DNA of 64,000 nt from the NCBI GenBank assembly GCA_035693125.1, contig DASSHB010000031.1, forward strand, positions 29,864 to 93,863, read 5' to 3'. The DNA is from Candidatus Limnocylindrales bacterium. Its GTDB lineage: Bacteria > Chloroflexota > Limnocylindria > Limnocylindrales > CSP1-4. Of this stretch, positions 1-9,228 are shown in pieces. The number at the start of each line of letters is the position of its first letter. The stretch's first letter is position 1. The notes beneath the pieces were generated by a model. It did not search any database and was not told the DNA's origin. It saw nothing but the letters and a program-made list of their open reading frames with translations. The translations under genes and the position numbers were made by a program.

Positions 1-111
1 GGGCGGTGGAAATCGGGCCGCCGGAGGGGCCGGCGACCCGTCCAGCCGTCGCAAGGCCCGCGAGACGCACGCCGTGCGGCTGGGGCGTCGCCGCTCGACG
101 GGGACGAAGAA

Positions 112-137
112 GGCCGGACCCCAATCCGGGCCCGGCC
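112..137 (-). terminator. Candidate intrinsic terminator hairpin after the VOC gene
   Basis: Inverted repeat GGCCGG (112-117) / CCGGCC (132-137) with further internal pairing. On the - strand it is followed by TTCTTC and lies about 20 nt after the stop codon at 161-163. Confidence 0.35.
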
Positions 138-160
138 TCCGACCTTCGCGCGAGAAGGGA

Positions 161-499
161 CTACATGATCCCGATGACGTGCCCCTCCGGATCGGTGAAC
201 AGCGCGATCGTCGTCTCGGGCGCCACCTCGGTCAGCGGCATGATCACCTTCCCGCCGGCCGCCTCGGCCCGGGCCAGCGTGCCCTTGGGGTCGTCGGTGT
301 GGACGTAGAACGTCACGCCGCCAGGCCCGCCGTTCTGGGCGGCGCCGATCCCGCCGGTCAGGCCGTCGGCCTGGCGGTACATCCCGTATCCGCCGGGATT
401 GCTCGTGTCGAGACTCCAACCGAACACGTCCTGGAAGAACTGCTGGAGCTTCGCCCCGTCCTTGCCGGTGACCTCGACGTGGATGACCTGGGCTCCCAT
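161..499 (-). CDS. VOC (glyoxalase/bleomycin-resistance fold) family protein
   Basis: ORF 161..529. I prefer the internal ATG at 499 because GAGGAGG lies 5 nt upstream. The translation MGAQVIHVEVTGKDGAKLQQFFQDVFGW...FTDPEGHVIG is typical of single-domain VOC proteins. Confidence 0.8.
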   Translation of the reverse strand: MGAQVIHVEVTGKDGAKLQQFFQDVFGWSLDTSNPGGYGMYRQADGLTGGIGAAQNGGPGGVTFYVHTDDPKGTLARAEAAGGKVIMPLTEVAPETTIALFTDPEGHVIGIM

Positions 500-651
500 C
501 GGAACCTCCTCACGCTTGGGAGCGGCCACCTCGGTCGCCCCGTCAGCCAGACGACGAACGAGGGGGGCCCGAATCGACAGGCCCCCGCGAGGCGCGGCCG
601 ACCTCGGGGTACACTCGCCCTCCCGGTTCCAGGGACATCGATGGAGGTCTC

Positions 652-1092
652 GTGAAGTTCGCCGGCACGGTCGCGATCGCCGCTCCCCGGGAGCGGGTCT
701 GGGCCTTCGTCATCGATCCCAATCAGGTCGGCCAGTGCGGGCCGGGCGTCGAATCGATCGAGGTCGTCGACGACCGCCATTTCAAGGCGACGGCCAAGGT
801 CGGGATCGGCTTCATCAGCGCGCGCTTCGTCGTGAACATGGAGATGGCCGAGCAGGCGCCGCCCGATCGGGCCGTCATCAAGGCCCACGGCCAGGCGCCC
901 GGCAGCGCCGTCGACGCGACCGCGGAGATGACCCTGAGCGACGGCGCCGACGGCGGGACGACGATGGACTGGAGCGCCGACGTGGCGATCTCCGGCAGCC
1001 TCGCCTCGCTCGGGGCACGGTTGATCGAAGGGACGGCGAACAAGATGATCGGCCAGACGTTCGAGTGCATGAAGGCAAAGCTGGAGGCGTGA
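652..1092 (+). CDS. SRPBCC / CoxG-family protein
   Basis: GTG start with GGAGG a few nt upstream. APRERVWAFVIDPNQVGQCGPGVESIE...SGSLASLGARLIEGTANKMIGQTFECMKAKLE fits the CoxG (CO-dehydrogenase subunit G) pattern. A paralogue lies at 57917..58378. Confidence 0.8.
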   Translation: MKFAGTVAIAAPRERVWAFVIDPNQVGQCGPGVESIEVVDDRHFKATAKVGIGFISARFVVNMEMAEQAPPDRAVIKAHGQAPGSAVDATAEMTLSDGADGGTTMDWSADVAISGSLASLGARLIEGTANKMIGQTFECMKAKLEA

Positions 1093-1150
1093 CCCGCCGC
1101 TGCGGCACCGACGCCGGTCGGTCGCCGCACCCCGCCGGGGACTCGCCGCG

Positions 1151-3019
1151 ATGGTGACCCGGGTCCGCGTTCCTCCGCCGCCGGTCCGGAGCCGCCTGGG
1201 TGCCCTCGCCGATGCCGTCCCACACCTGGTCTGGGTGGCCACCGCCGACGGCATCATCCGCGACTACAACGGCCGGATCGCCGACTACGCCGACGCCCAC
1301 GCGCCGGACGAACGGGAAGGCTGGGCGTGGGAACGGCTCGTCCACCCCGATGACCTCGAGGCCGCGGCGACCGCCTGGCAGGAGGCGCTCGCCAGCGGCG
1401 AACCGTACGAGCACGAGCACCGCCTCCGGATGGCCGACGGGACGTACCGCTGGCACCTGAGCCGGGGCGTGCCGGCCCCGGACGAAGGGACGGGTGCGGT
1501 GAGCTGGTACGGCACCGCGACCGACATCGACAACGGGCGGAGCGCGGAGGACCAGCTGCGCCAGATCCAGAGCTCTCTCGCGCTCGCGATGCGGGCCGGC
1601 CGGATGGGCTGGTGGACCCGCGACCTGCGGACCGAGGTCGTGACGTGGAGTCCCGAGCTCGAGGAGCTGTTCGGCCTGCCGCGCGGCGGGTTCGAGGGCC
1701 GCGAGGCCGCGTTCCTCGAGCGCGTCCTGCCCGAGGACCAGGAGATGGTCTCGGCCGCCGTCACCGAGGCCATTGCGAACGGGACCGACTACGTAGCGGA
1801 GTTCCGCTTCCGGCACGCCGATGGCTCGGTCCGCTGGATGGACGGCCGCGGACGCGCGACGTACGACGACGATGGCCGGCCGGCGGTCCTGTACGGAATC
1901 GGGATCGACATCACGACCCGCAAGGAGGCGGAGGAGACGATCCGGGCCCGCGAGGAGCGGCTCCGACTGGCCGCCGAGGCCGGCGAGTTCGGGCTGTACG
2001 ACTACGACCTCGTCGGCGGCGGCCAGTACTGGTCACCCGACCTCCTGCGGATCCTGGGCGCGGACGAGGCGACCTCACCCGACCTGGCCGCGATCCACCC
2101 CGACGATCGCGACGAGGTCCTGGCTCGCTTCGGCGCGGCCCAATCACCCACGAGCGACGGGTCATTCGACTTCGAATACCGGATGGTCCGCCCCGACGGC
2201 CAGATCCGATGGGTCGCGACCCACGGCCGGACATACTTCTCCGCGCCGGAGCCGTCGCCGGAGCGGATCGCGGTCCGGTCGATCGGGATCGTCGAGGACA
2301 TCACCGAGCAGAAACGGGCCGATGAGCTGCGGGACGTGTTCGTGGGGATGCTCAGCCACGAGCTCCGGACGCCGGTCACCGCGATCTACGGGGGCAGCCA
2401 GGTCCTCCGCCGTGACCACGTCGACGAGGCGACCCGCCAGGAGATCATCGGCGACATCATCTCCGAGAGCGAGCGCCTGGAGCGGCTCGTCGAGAACCTG
2501 CTCGTCCTCGCTCGGGCCGAGCGTCAGGTGGACCTCGGCGGCCGCGAGCCCGTCCTCCTCCGGCCGTTGCTCAGCCGGGTGATCGCCGACAAGCGCCGGC
2601 GCTGGCCCGGATCGCGGATCGAGTTCGACGTCGAGCCGGGCCTGCCGCCGGTCACCGGCGACGAGTCGTCCGTCGAGCTCGTCCTGCGCAACCTGGTCTC
2701 CAATGCGCTCAAGTACGGCTCGCCGACTGGTCTGGTCGGGGTCACGGCCGAGCGTCGCGACGGTGCGGTCGCCGTTCGGGTCGTCGATGACGGGCCGGGA
2801 ATCGACGCCGACCAGATCGAGCGGCTGTTCGACCTCTTCTACCGGAGCGACGACGCGCGCCGGCGCGCCCAGGGCGCAGGCATCGGGTTGTTCGTCGTGC
2901 GCGCGCTCGTCGAGTCGACCGGCGGCCGGGTCTGGGCGGCCAACCGGCCGAGCGGTGGCGCCGAGTTCGGGTTCGAGCTGCCGGCCTGGTCCGAGGCCGA
3001 CGACCTCGGCGTCGACTAG
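1151..3019 (+). CDS. Multi-PAS sensor histidine kinase (orphan, no adjacent response regulator)
   Basis: Three PAS/PAC-like repeats (..YRWHLSRG.., ..VRWMDGRG.., ..IRWVATHG..). H-box MLSHELRTPVTAIYG. ATPase boxes RNLVSNALKY, DDGPGI and GAGIGLFVV. Confidence 0.9.
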   Translation: MVTRVRVPPPPVRSRLGALADAVPHLVWVATADGIIRDYNGRIADYADAHAPDEREGWAWERLVHPDDLEAAATAWQEALASGEPYEHEHRLRMADGTYRWHLSRGVPAPDEGTGAVSWYGTATDIDNGRSAEDQLRQIQSSLALAMRAGRMGWWTRDLRTEVVTWSPELEELFGLPRGGFEGREAAFLERVLPEDQEMVSAAVTEAIANGTDYVAEFRFRHADGSVRWMDGRGRATYDDDGRPAVLYGIGIDITTRKEAEETIRAREERLRLAAEAGEFGLYDYDLVGGGQYWSPDLLRILGADEATSPDLAAIHPDDRDEVLARFGAAQSPTSDGSFDFEYRMVRPDGQIRWVATHGRTYFSAPEPSPERIAVRSIGIVEDITEQKRADELRDVFVGMLSHELRTPVTAIYGGSQVLRRDHVDEATRQEIIGDIISESERLERLVENLLVLARAERQVDLGGREPVLLRPLLSRVIADKRRRWPGSRIEFDVEPGLPPVTGDESSVELVLRNLVSNALKYGSPTGLVGVTAERRDGAVAVRVVDDGPGIDADQIERLFDLFYRSDDARRRAQGAGIGLFVVRALVESTGGRVWAANRPSGGAEFGFELPAWSEADDLGVD

Positions 3020-3044
3020 CCCCGGCCGTCCCTCGTCGGCCGTC

Positions 3045-3683
3045 GTGGAACGCCTCCATCGGGTCGTGGGTCCGCTCGCGACCAACGTCCACCTCCTTGC
3101 CGATCCGCGGGGCCGCGAGGCGATCGCGATCGACACCGCGATTCCGTCCCTCGCCTGGATCCGCGACGAGCTGGCCGCCCGCGACTGGACCCTCAAGCTG
3201 ATCGTCTCCACCCATGGCCACTGGGATCACACCGGCGACAACGCATCGATCGCGGCCCACACCGGCGCCGACATCGCGGTCCATCCGCTGGATCGGGCGA
3301 TGCTCGAGACGCCCGAGCCGCTGTGGGCGCCGTTCGACATCCCGCCGTCGGTGCCGGCCGTCGAGCTGGCGGAGGGCGGCGAGATCCGGTTCGGCGCGAT
3401 CCGGCTGCGCGTGCTCCACACGCCCGGTCACACCCCCGGGTCCGTCTGCCTCCAGTCGGTGGACGACGGCCTGCTCTTCAGCGGCGACACCTTGTTCGCG
3501 GGCGGTTGGGGGCGAGTCGACCTGCCCGGTGGCTCGGCGGAGCAGATCGTCGACTCCCTGGCTCGGCTCGCCGACCTCGAGTCGCCCACCGCCGTCCTGC
3601 CCGGGCACGGGCCGGCGACGACGATCGGCCGGGAGCGGCCCTGGCTCGAGCTCGTCCGGGCGTCGGGCCGGCTGCCATTCTGA
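3045..3683 (+). CDS. MBL-fold metallo-hydrolase (hydroxyacylglutathione-hydrolase-like)
   Basis: In-frame GTG at 3045 just after the kinase stop. Motifs STHGHWDH (HxHxDH), HTPGHTPGS, SGDTLF and LPGHG. The upstream part of ORF 2703..3683 overlaps the kinase and is Arg/Ser/Pro junk. Confidence 0.85.
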   Translation: MERLHRVVGPLATNVHLLADPRGREAIAIDTAIPSLAWIRDELAARDWTLKLIVSTHGHWDHTGDNASIAAHTGADIAVHPLDRAMLETPEPLWAPFDIPPSVPAVELAEGGEIRFGAIRLRVLHTPGHTPGSVCLQSVDDGLLFSGDTLFAGGWGRVDLPGGSAEQIVDSLARLADLESPTAVLPGHGPATTIGRERPWLELVRASGRLPF

Positions 3684-3687
3684 GGCG

Positions 3688-4707
3688 TCAGCCGGCGGCG
3701 TCGTCCACGACGAGCGGCTTCCGGTAGGCGATCCCCGTCCGCGTTCGGTGGAATCCGAGCGCTTCGTAGAGCGCCACCGCACCGGTCGGGTTCTCGGCGT
3801 CGACCCCGAGGGCGGCCTCGGCGAGCCCTCGCTCGCGGAAGTCGCGCAGGGCTCGGACGATCAGCGCCGAGGCGAGGCCGCGCCGGCGCCATGGCCGGCG
3901 GACGCTGATGTGCTCGAGCCAGCCGCGCGACAGGCCGAGCGTTCGGTTCTCGTCGGGGTAGACGAAGGGCATCACCGAGCCGGCGACCTCGCCGCGATCC
4001 CACGCCACCTGCCACGTCCCCGGGTCGTTCTCGGGGATCGCGAACCAGCGCTCGTAGTCGCTTTCGAGCGGCTCGGACCGGCCCCAGTGGTCCTGGAAGG
4101 CCTCGACGTCCGCGTCCCAGATCCGGCGATGGTCGGCCGCGACGACGGGACGAACCTCGAGACCCGCCGGCAAGGGCGCATCCGGGATCGGGTCGGCGAG
4201 ATCGCGGACCATCGTGAACCCGTAGCGGATGATCTCGTAGCCCTCGCCCTCGTAGAGCGCGATCGCGCCGGCCTGGTCCGCATCGGGCCAGGAGGTGGTC
4301 ACCCGGGCACCGGTCCGGCCGTCGACGCGCGCCACCTCCGCCGAGCGGCGCTCCGTCCAGTGCAGGAGCGCCCGCCCGATGCCCTGCCGACGGACATCGG
4401 GTCGGACCCAGCCGTCGACGTGGTGGACGGCCATCCCGTCGCGGGTCCGGACATTCGTCTGGGCCGCCGCCACGAGCGCTCCGTCGATCTCGACGAGCAG
4501 GACATCGCGGCGCGGATCGAACTCGGCCAGATGCTCGAAGTCGACCCGGAGGGCCTCGGCGCCCAGGATGAACTCGACGCCATCCGCCTGGTTGGCGATC
4601 CCCATCAGCTCCGCCAGGGCCGGGTAATCCCGCCCAGGATCGAACGGCCGGGCGACGAGCCCGGGGATCGCTGGCGCGCTCGGGAGCAGGATCCGCTGGT
4701 CGATCAT
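3688..4707 (-). CDS. Double-GNAT N-acetyltransferase, mycothiol synthase (MshD)-like, copy 1
   Basis: Start is the ATG of MIDQRILL at 4707. There are two GNAT halves with RRQGIGRALL and RRRGLASALI acetyl-CoA loops, and the C-terminus is ..GVDAENPTGAVALYEALGF..AYRKPL. The longer ORF 3688..5661 is an artefactual extension. Confidence 0.8.
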   Translation of the reverse strand: MIDQRILLPSAPAIPGLVARPFDPGRDYPALAELMGIANQADGVEFILGAEALRVDFEHLAEFDPRRDVLLVEIDGALVAAAQTNVRTRDGMAVHHVDGWVRPDVRRQGIGRALLHWTERRSAEVARVDGRTGARVTTSWPDADQAGAIALYEGEGYEIIRYGFTMVRDLADPIPDAPLPAGLEVRPVVAADHRRIWDADVEAFQDHWGRSEPLESDYERWFAIPENDPGTWQVAWDRGEVAGSVMPFVYPDENRTLGLSRGWLEHISVRRPWRRRGLASALIVRALRDFRERGLAEAALGVDAENPTGAVALYEALGFHRTRTGIAYRKPLVVDDAAG

Positions 4708-5771
4708 CGGGGGTCCTCCGCTGGGCCGCCGGGCAGCGACGGCAGGGGCTTGCGATAGGCGGTGGCGCTCGAGACCTCGCGGAAGCCGCACGACTCGTAG
4801 AGCGAGAGCGCCTGATGGGGGTTGGTGAGGTCCACGCCGAGCGAGGCAGCCTCGAAGCCGCGGGCGCGGAGGACCTCGAGACTGCGGGCGATCAGCGCCC
4901 GGGCCAGTCCGCGGCGGCGCCACGGACGGCGCACGAACACCGAGTCGAGCCAGCCCTCCAGGCCGCCGTCGGGGACGTGATGGCTGACGTTCAGCACGCC
5001 GCCGGCGACCTCGTCGCCGTCGAAGGCGATGACCCACAGGTCGGGGTCGGTCTCGGGGTCCTCGACGAAGGCCGCGAACTGCTCGTCCGTCGCCTCGCTC
5101 CAGCCGAAGTGGTCGCGGAACGCCTCGGCGTCCGCGTCGAAGACCTGGCGCATCGCGGCCCGGTTGCGCGGCACCGGCCGGATCTCGAGGCCGGCCGGCA
5201 GGCCGTGCGGCTCGATCGCGTCGAGCGTGGGTCGGGTCATCGAGGCGAACCGCCGGAAGCGCTCGTAGCCGGCGTCGGCCAGCAGCGTCCGTCCGCCACG
5301 GTCGCCGTCGAACAGGAAGGTCGTCAGCCAGCGCCGGCGGTCCGCGGCCTCGCCGACGGCCGCGTGGGCGCGGGCGATCTCCAGGCGGCGCCGCTCGCTC
5401 CAGGCCAGGAGCACCGTGCCGATGCCGCGCCGGCGGGCGTCCGGATGGACGACGCCGACCGCCTCGTACCAGCGCTCGCCCTCGTTCGAGTCGTTCCATT
5501 CGACCCGGGAATAGCCCACGACCCGGCCGCCTCCCTCCGCGATGACGAGGTCGCGCTCGAGGTCCGATCGCTCGAGGTGGCGGTAATGGGTGGCGGTGCC
5601 CTCGTACGTGCCGCGGCCCAGCTCGCCGTCGGCCACGCGGGCCGCATCGGACGCCGCCCACATCGCCGGCAGGTCTGCATCGAGCCCGTGCCAGTGGCGC
5701 AGGTGGATCCCGGCCGGCACGGGGAGACCGCCCAGGTCGATCGGCTCGTTCGCCACCGGCTCGCTCGTCAT
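4704..5771 (-). CDS. Double-GNAT N-acetyltransferase, MshD-like, copy 2
   Basis: Start is the ATG of MTSEPVANEP at 5771. Motifs RRRGIGTVLL and RRRGLARALI, with C-terminus GVDLTNPHQALSLYESCGF..AYRKPL. Its stop overlaps the copy 1 start (ATGA at 4704-4707). Confidence 0.8.
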   Translation of the reverse strand: MTSEPVANEPIDLGGLPVPAGIHLRHWHGLDADLPAMWAASDAARVADGELGRGTYEGTATHYRHLERSDLERDLVIAEGGGRVVGYSRVEWNDSNEGERWYEAVGVVHPDARRRGIGTVLLAWSERRRLEIARAHAAVGEAADRRRWLTTFLFDGDRGGRTLLADAGYERFRRFASMTRPTLDAIEPHGLPAGLEIRPVPRNRAAMRQVFDADAEAFRDHFGWSEATDEQFAAFVEDPETDPDLWVIAFDGDEVAGGVLNVSHHVPDGGLEGWLDSVFVRRPWRRRGLARALIARSLEVLRARGFEAASLGVDLTNPHQALSLYESCGFREVSSATAYRKPLPSLPGGPAEDPR

Positions 5772-6874
5772 CGCCAGCCCTCGGCCCCGTACTTCGCGTC
5801 CATGTGGCCCCGGACCGACTTGTGGACCTGCTTCCATTTCCGGCGATCGGCGTTGCGGGCGAGCGCGTCGACGCGGCGTTCGTGATGGGCTGCCTCGCGG
5901 CGGAGCTTCAGCCAGCTCTCGTGCCGGTCGCCCTCGAGCGAGCCATCGGCCAGCGCCGCGGCGATCGCGCAGCCGGGCTCGCCGTGGTGACTGCAGTTCC
6001 CGAACCGGCAGCTCGTCGCCAGCTCGTCGACGTCGGCGAAGGTCCGCTCGAGGCCGTCCCCGTCCCAGAGCGCCAGCTCGCGCATCCCCGGCGTGTCGAG
6101 GACGAGGCCGCCACCGGGCAGGACGTGGAGCTGGCGGCGGGTCGTCGTGTGGCGGCCGCGCGCGTCGTCCTCGCGGATCTCCTGGGTCGCTGCGATCTCC
6201 TCGCCGGCCAGGCGGTTCAGGAGGGTCGACTTGCCGACGCCCGACGAGCCCACGAACGCTGCCGTCCGGCCCGGCCCGATCCGGCTGCGGACCTCGTCCA
6301 CGCCCCGGCCGTCGAACGAGCTCACGACGAGGACGGCGGCGCCGGCCGCCACCGATCCGACGCCGGCCACGCCCGCTTCGATGTCGGCCCCCAGGTCTGC
6401 CTTCGACAGGAGGACGACGGGCTCCGCGGCGCTCTCCCAGGCGGCCGCCACGTAGCGCTCGAGGCGGCGCAGGTTCAGATCGCCGTTCAGCGAGGCCACG
6501 ACGAAGACGACGTCGAGGTTCGCCCCGACGACCTGCGCCTCGGTCCGTCGGCCGGCCGCCTGGCGGACGAGCGCGGAACGCCGTGGCAGGACCGCGTGGA
6601 TCACGGTCTCGCCCACGATGCCGCCTTCGGTCGCCACCCAATCCCCGACGGCCGGGAAGGCCGCCGGGTCGTCCTCCGCATCGAAGCGGAGGCGGCCGCT
6701 GACCACCGCCCGCTGCTCGCCGCTCGGGCCGAGGACGACATACGACCCGCGATCTTCGGCGACGACGCGCGCCGCGGCTCGGCCGAGCGCCGCGTGCGGC
6801 TCGTGCGCCGCCGCGAACGCGTCGGTCCAGCCGAGGCGCTCCAGGCCGAAGGCGGAATCAGCGGTCTCGCTCAT
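5768..6874 (-). CDS. rsgA: Ribosome small-subunit-dependent GTPase A
   Basis: Start MSETADS at 6874. P-loop GSSGVGKSTLLN, DTPG, and the C-terminal zinc knuckle CRFGNCSHHGEPGCAI characteristic of RsgA/YjeQ. ATGA overlaps occur at both ends. Confidence 0.9.
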   Translation of the reverse strand: MSETADSAFGLERLGWTDAFAAAHEPHAALGRAAARVVAEDRGSYVVLGPSGEQRAVVSGRLRFDAEDDPAAFPAVGDWVATEGGIVGETVIHAVLPRRSALVRQAAGRRTEAQVVGANLDVVFVVASLNGDLNLRRLERYVAAAWESAAEPVVLLSKADLGADIEAGVAGVGSVAAGAAVLVVSSFDGRGVDEVRSRIGPGRTAAFVGSSGVGKSTLLNRLAGEEIAATQEIREDDARGRHTTTRRQLHVLPGGGLVLDTPGMRELALWDGDGLERTFADVDELATSCRFGNCSHHGEPGCAIAAALADGSLEGDRHESWLKLRREAAHHERRVDALARNADRRKWKQVHKSVRGHMDAKYGAEGWR

Positions 6875-7713
6875 CCGACCCGCTTCAGCTTCCCGGTCCG
6901 CTTGGCATAGCGCTCGGCCCTGCCGAACGCCCACAACCCGAACGGGATGAGGAACGCGCCCATCAGGAGCAGCGGCCAGACATCGCCGAGCAGCGCCGTC
7001 ACCGGCGCGCCGTCGATCAGGCCCTTGCGGACACCGTCCAGGACGTACGTCGCCGGCGAGAGCCGCGAAAGGACCTGCATCCAGCCCGGCAGGACGTTGA
7101 TCGAGTAGTACACGCCGCTCACGAGCAGCAGGCACGACTGGAGGACGAACGTCATCTGCGCCCCCCGCTCGACGTAGAGCAGCGGCAGGATCGCGGCGAT
7201 CATCCCGATCCCGACGAAGCTGAACGAGCCGAGGAGCATGAACGCCACGACGGTCAGCGGGTTCGCCCCGTGGACGTCGAGCTGCGGGAAGAACAGGACG
7301 AGCACGACGAGGATCGCGGTCGTGTGGACGAGCCCGTAGACCATCGCGTACAGGACCGATCCAAGCAGCTGCGACCAGCGCCGGATCGGCGCCATCATCG
7401 TGTACTCGAGCGTCCCTTCCCAGCGCTCCACGCTGATCGTCTCGGCGATCCAGCTGAAGACCACCGACAGGTAGTTCCAGAAGATCGCCCCGACCATCAG
7501 GAGGAGGATCAGGCGAGGGCTGCCCTGGTCGGCCCCGATCAGCGAGATGCTCAGGGCGCCCGCCACCGAATAGACCAGGAACGCGAGCTCCCAGCCCCAG
7601 TAGCGGCGCGTCAGGAAGAAGTTGCGCTCGATGAAGGCGTACGACGCCTTCAGCTCGTGACCGAGGGACAGCATCGGGGTGCTCCGGATGGGGGAGCGTG
7701 CCCGGTCGCTCAC
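6871..7713 (-). CDS. ABC-2 type transporter permease
   Basis: 280-aa ORF with about six hydrophobic segments (..LAFLVYSVAGALSISLIG.., ..LLLMVGAIFWNYL.., ..AILVVLVLFFP.., ..FMLLGSFSFVGIGMIAAILPLL..). Its GTG start overlaps the stop of the upstream small ORF (GTGA at 7710-7713). Confidence 0.85.
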   Translation of the reverse strand: MSDRARSPIRSTPMLSLGHELKASYAFIERNFFLTRRYWGWELAFLVYSVAGALSISLIGADQGSPRLILLLMVGAIFWNYLSVVFSWIAETISVERWEGTLEYTMMAPIRRWSQLLGSVLYAMVYGLVHTTAILVVLVLFFPQLDVHGANPLTVVAFMLLGSFSFVGIGMIAAILPLLYVERGAQMTFVLQSCLLLVSGVYYSINVLPGWMQVLSRLSPATYVLDGVRKGLIDGAPVTALLGDVWPLLLMGAFLIPFGLWAFGRAERYAKRTGKLKRVG

Positions 7714-7904
7714 CGCGACCGGGCCAGCTCGTAGGAACCCGGGTCACCCGCCAGGCGGGTGCCCAGACGGACGATCGACGTGCCGATCGCACGCCGGATC
7801 GAGGACCGCGTCGCTTGGAACCGGCGGGCGTCGTTCGCCCGACGAATGTCCTCCGCGCGCAGCGCCTGGATCAGCCACAGCTGATCGTTCTGAAAGCTCT
7901 GCAT
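7710..7904 (-). CDS. Small hypothetical protein (64 aa) between the ABC ATPase and the permease
   Basis: ATG at 7904 preceded by AGGAGGTGAG (strong SD). Product is MQSFQNDQLWLIQALRAEDIRRANDARRFQATRSSIRRAIGTSIVRLGTRLAGDPGSYELARSR. It is coupled to the permease by a 4-nt overlap, and I recognise no family. Confidence 0.55.
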   Translation of the reverse strand: MQSFQNDQLWLIQALRAEDIRRANDARRFQATRSSIRRAIGTSIVRLGTRLAGDPGSYELARSR

Positions 7905-7921
7905 CTCGTTCTCACCTCCTT

Positions 7922-8815
<894 letters not shown>

Positions 8816-8866
8816 AGGGGTGACTCCTACGTGTCGCGGTTGCCCGCTGGAACCCACGGAATCGAA

Positions 8867-8902
8867 CGAGCCGTGGACCTCGTCGGTTGGGTCCACGGCT
8901 CG
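8867..8902 (-). promoter_or_regulatory. Perfect 13-bp hairpin in the 5' leader of the ABC exporter operon
   Basis: CGAGCCGTGGACC (8867-8879) and GGTCCACGGCTCG (8890-8902) form a perfect inverted repeat with a 10-nt loop. On the - strand it is followed by TTCGATT. A third near-identical copy lies at 8944-8956. Confidence 0.5.
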
Positions 8903-8922
8903 GGGATGCCTCGCGAGGCATC

Positions 8923-8953
8923 AAAAAAGCCGGGGGCCCGTCTGGCCCACGGC
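8923..8953 (-). terminator. Intrinsic terminator-like hairpin plus T6 inside the exporter leader
   Basis: The - strand reads GCCGTGGGCC-AGACG-GGCCCCCGGC (10 bp with one mismatch) followed by TTTTTT. The A6 run at 8923-8928 on the + strand is conspicuous in this GC-rich DNA. Confidence 0.6.
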
Positions 8954-8989
8954 TCGTGGTTCGCTCGGTGGCGGGTTACCGCCTCAGGG

Positions 8990-9073
8990 CTAGCTCGAGA
9001 TGGGCACAGATCTCCCGCCATCGACGGCGCCGATGGGCGCGGTCGCGGGCCGGAAGAGCAGGTGGTTCATCAT
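8990..9073 (-). CDS. 27-codon sORF (leader peptide or small-peptide gene)
   Basis: ATGATG at 9073/9070 with GGAGGA 9 nt upstream. Product MMNHLLFRPATAPIGAVDGGRSVPISS, TAG stop at 8990-8992. It is below the ORF-track size cut-off and was found by hand translation. Confidence 0.4.
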   Translation of the reverse strand: MMNHLLFRPATAPIGAVDGGRSVPISS

Positions 9074-9128
9074 TCGGAGTCGTCCTCCGGGAGCCAGATG
9101 AGGGCGGGCGATCTGCACGCCGGCGCGC

Positions 9129-9158
9129 AGTCTACGCGTCGCGTCGCGAGGCCGTCAA
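9129..9158 (-). promoter_or_regulatory. Candidate sigma-70/SigA-type promoter for the sORF and exporter leader
   Basis: The - strand reads TTGACG (9158-9153), an 18-nt spacer, then TAGACT (9134-9129). It lies about 70 nt downstream of the GNAT stop and about 55 nt upstream of the sORF ATG. Confidence 0.5.
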
Positions 9159-9228
9159 CCGGGCGGAATGACGACCGCCGGGCCGCGACGAATGACGTAG
9201 GCGCGGCTCTGCGAGCGGTGCGAACGGG

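Noticed and set aside
2703-3044. N-terminal extensions offered by the ORF track, for example 2703..3683, 3688..5661, 4704..6641, 5768..7792, 32133..34385, 32807..35641, 34048..36426, 51063..53621 and 54670..57882.
   Set aside because: The extended parts overlap the preceding well-supported gene and translate to low-complexity Arg/Pro/Ser sequence. Internal ATG/GTG starts coincide with an SD or an NTGA overlap and with the beginning of the conserved domain.
8853-8905. tRNA/tmRNA-like T-arm: the - strand reads ..GGTCCACGGCTCGTTCGATTCCGTGGGTTCCA.., reminiscent of GGTTCGATTCC plus CCA.
   Set aside because: The stem around TTCGATT would leave an 11-nt loop rather than the canonical 7-nt T-loop. 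I could not find an acceptor stem, a D-arm/anticodon arm or a tmRNA tag ORF. The sequence is better explained as the 3' arm and tail of the 13-bp leader hairpin.
8990-9073. The 27-aa sORF as a lasso-peptide, lanthipeptide or other RiPP precursor exported by the ABC-2 transporter.
   Set aside because: No maturation enzymes (cyclase, dehydratase, protease, YcaO and so on) are in the neighbourhood. The peptide has no Cys and no Gly1...Asp/Glu7-9 lasso arrangement. The terminator and alternative hairpins downstream fit a regulatory leader at least as well.
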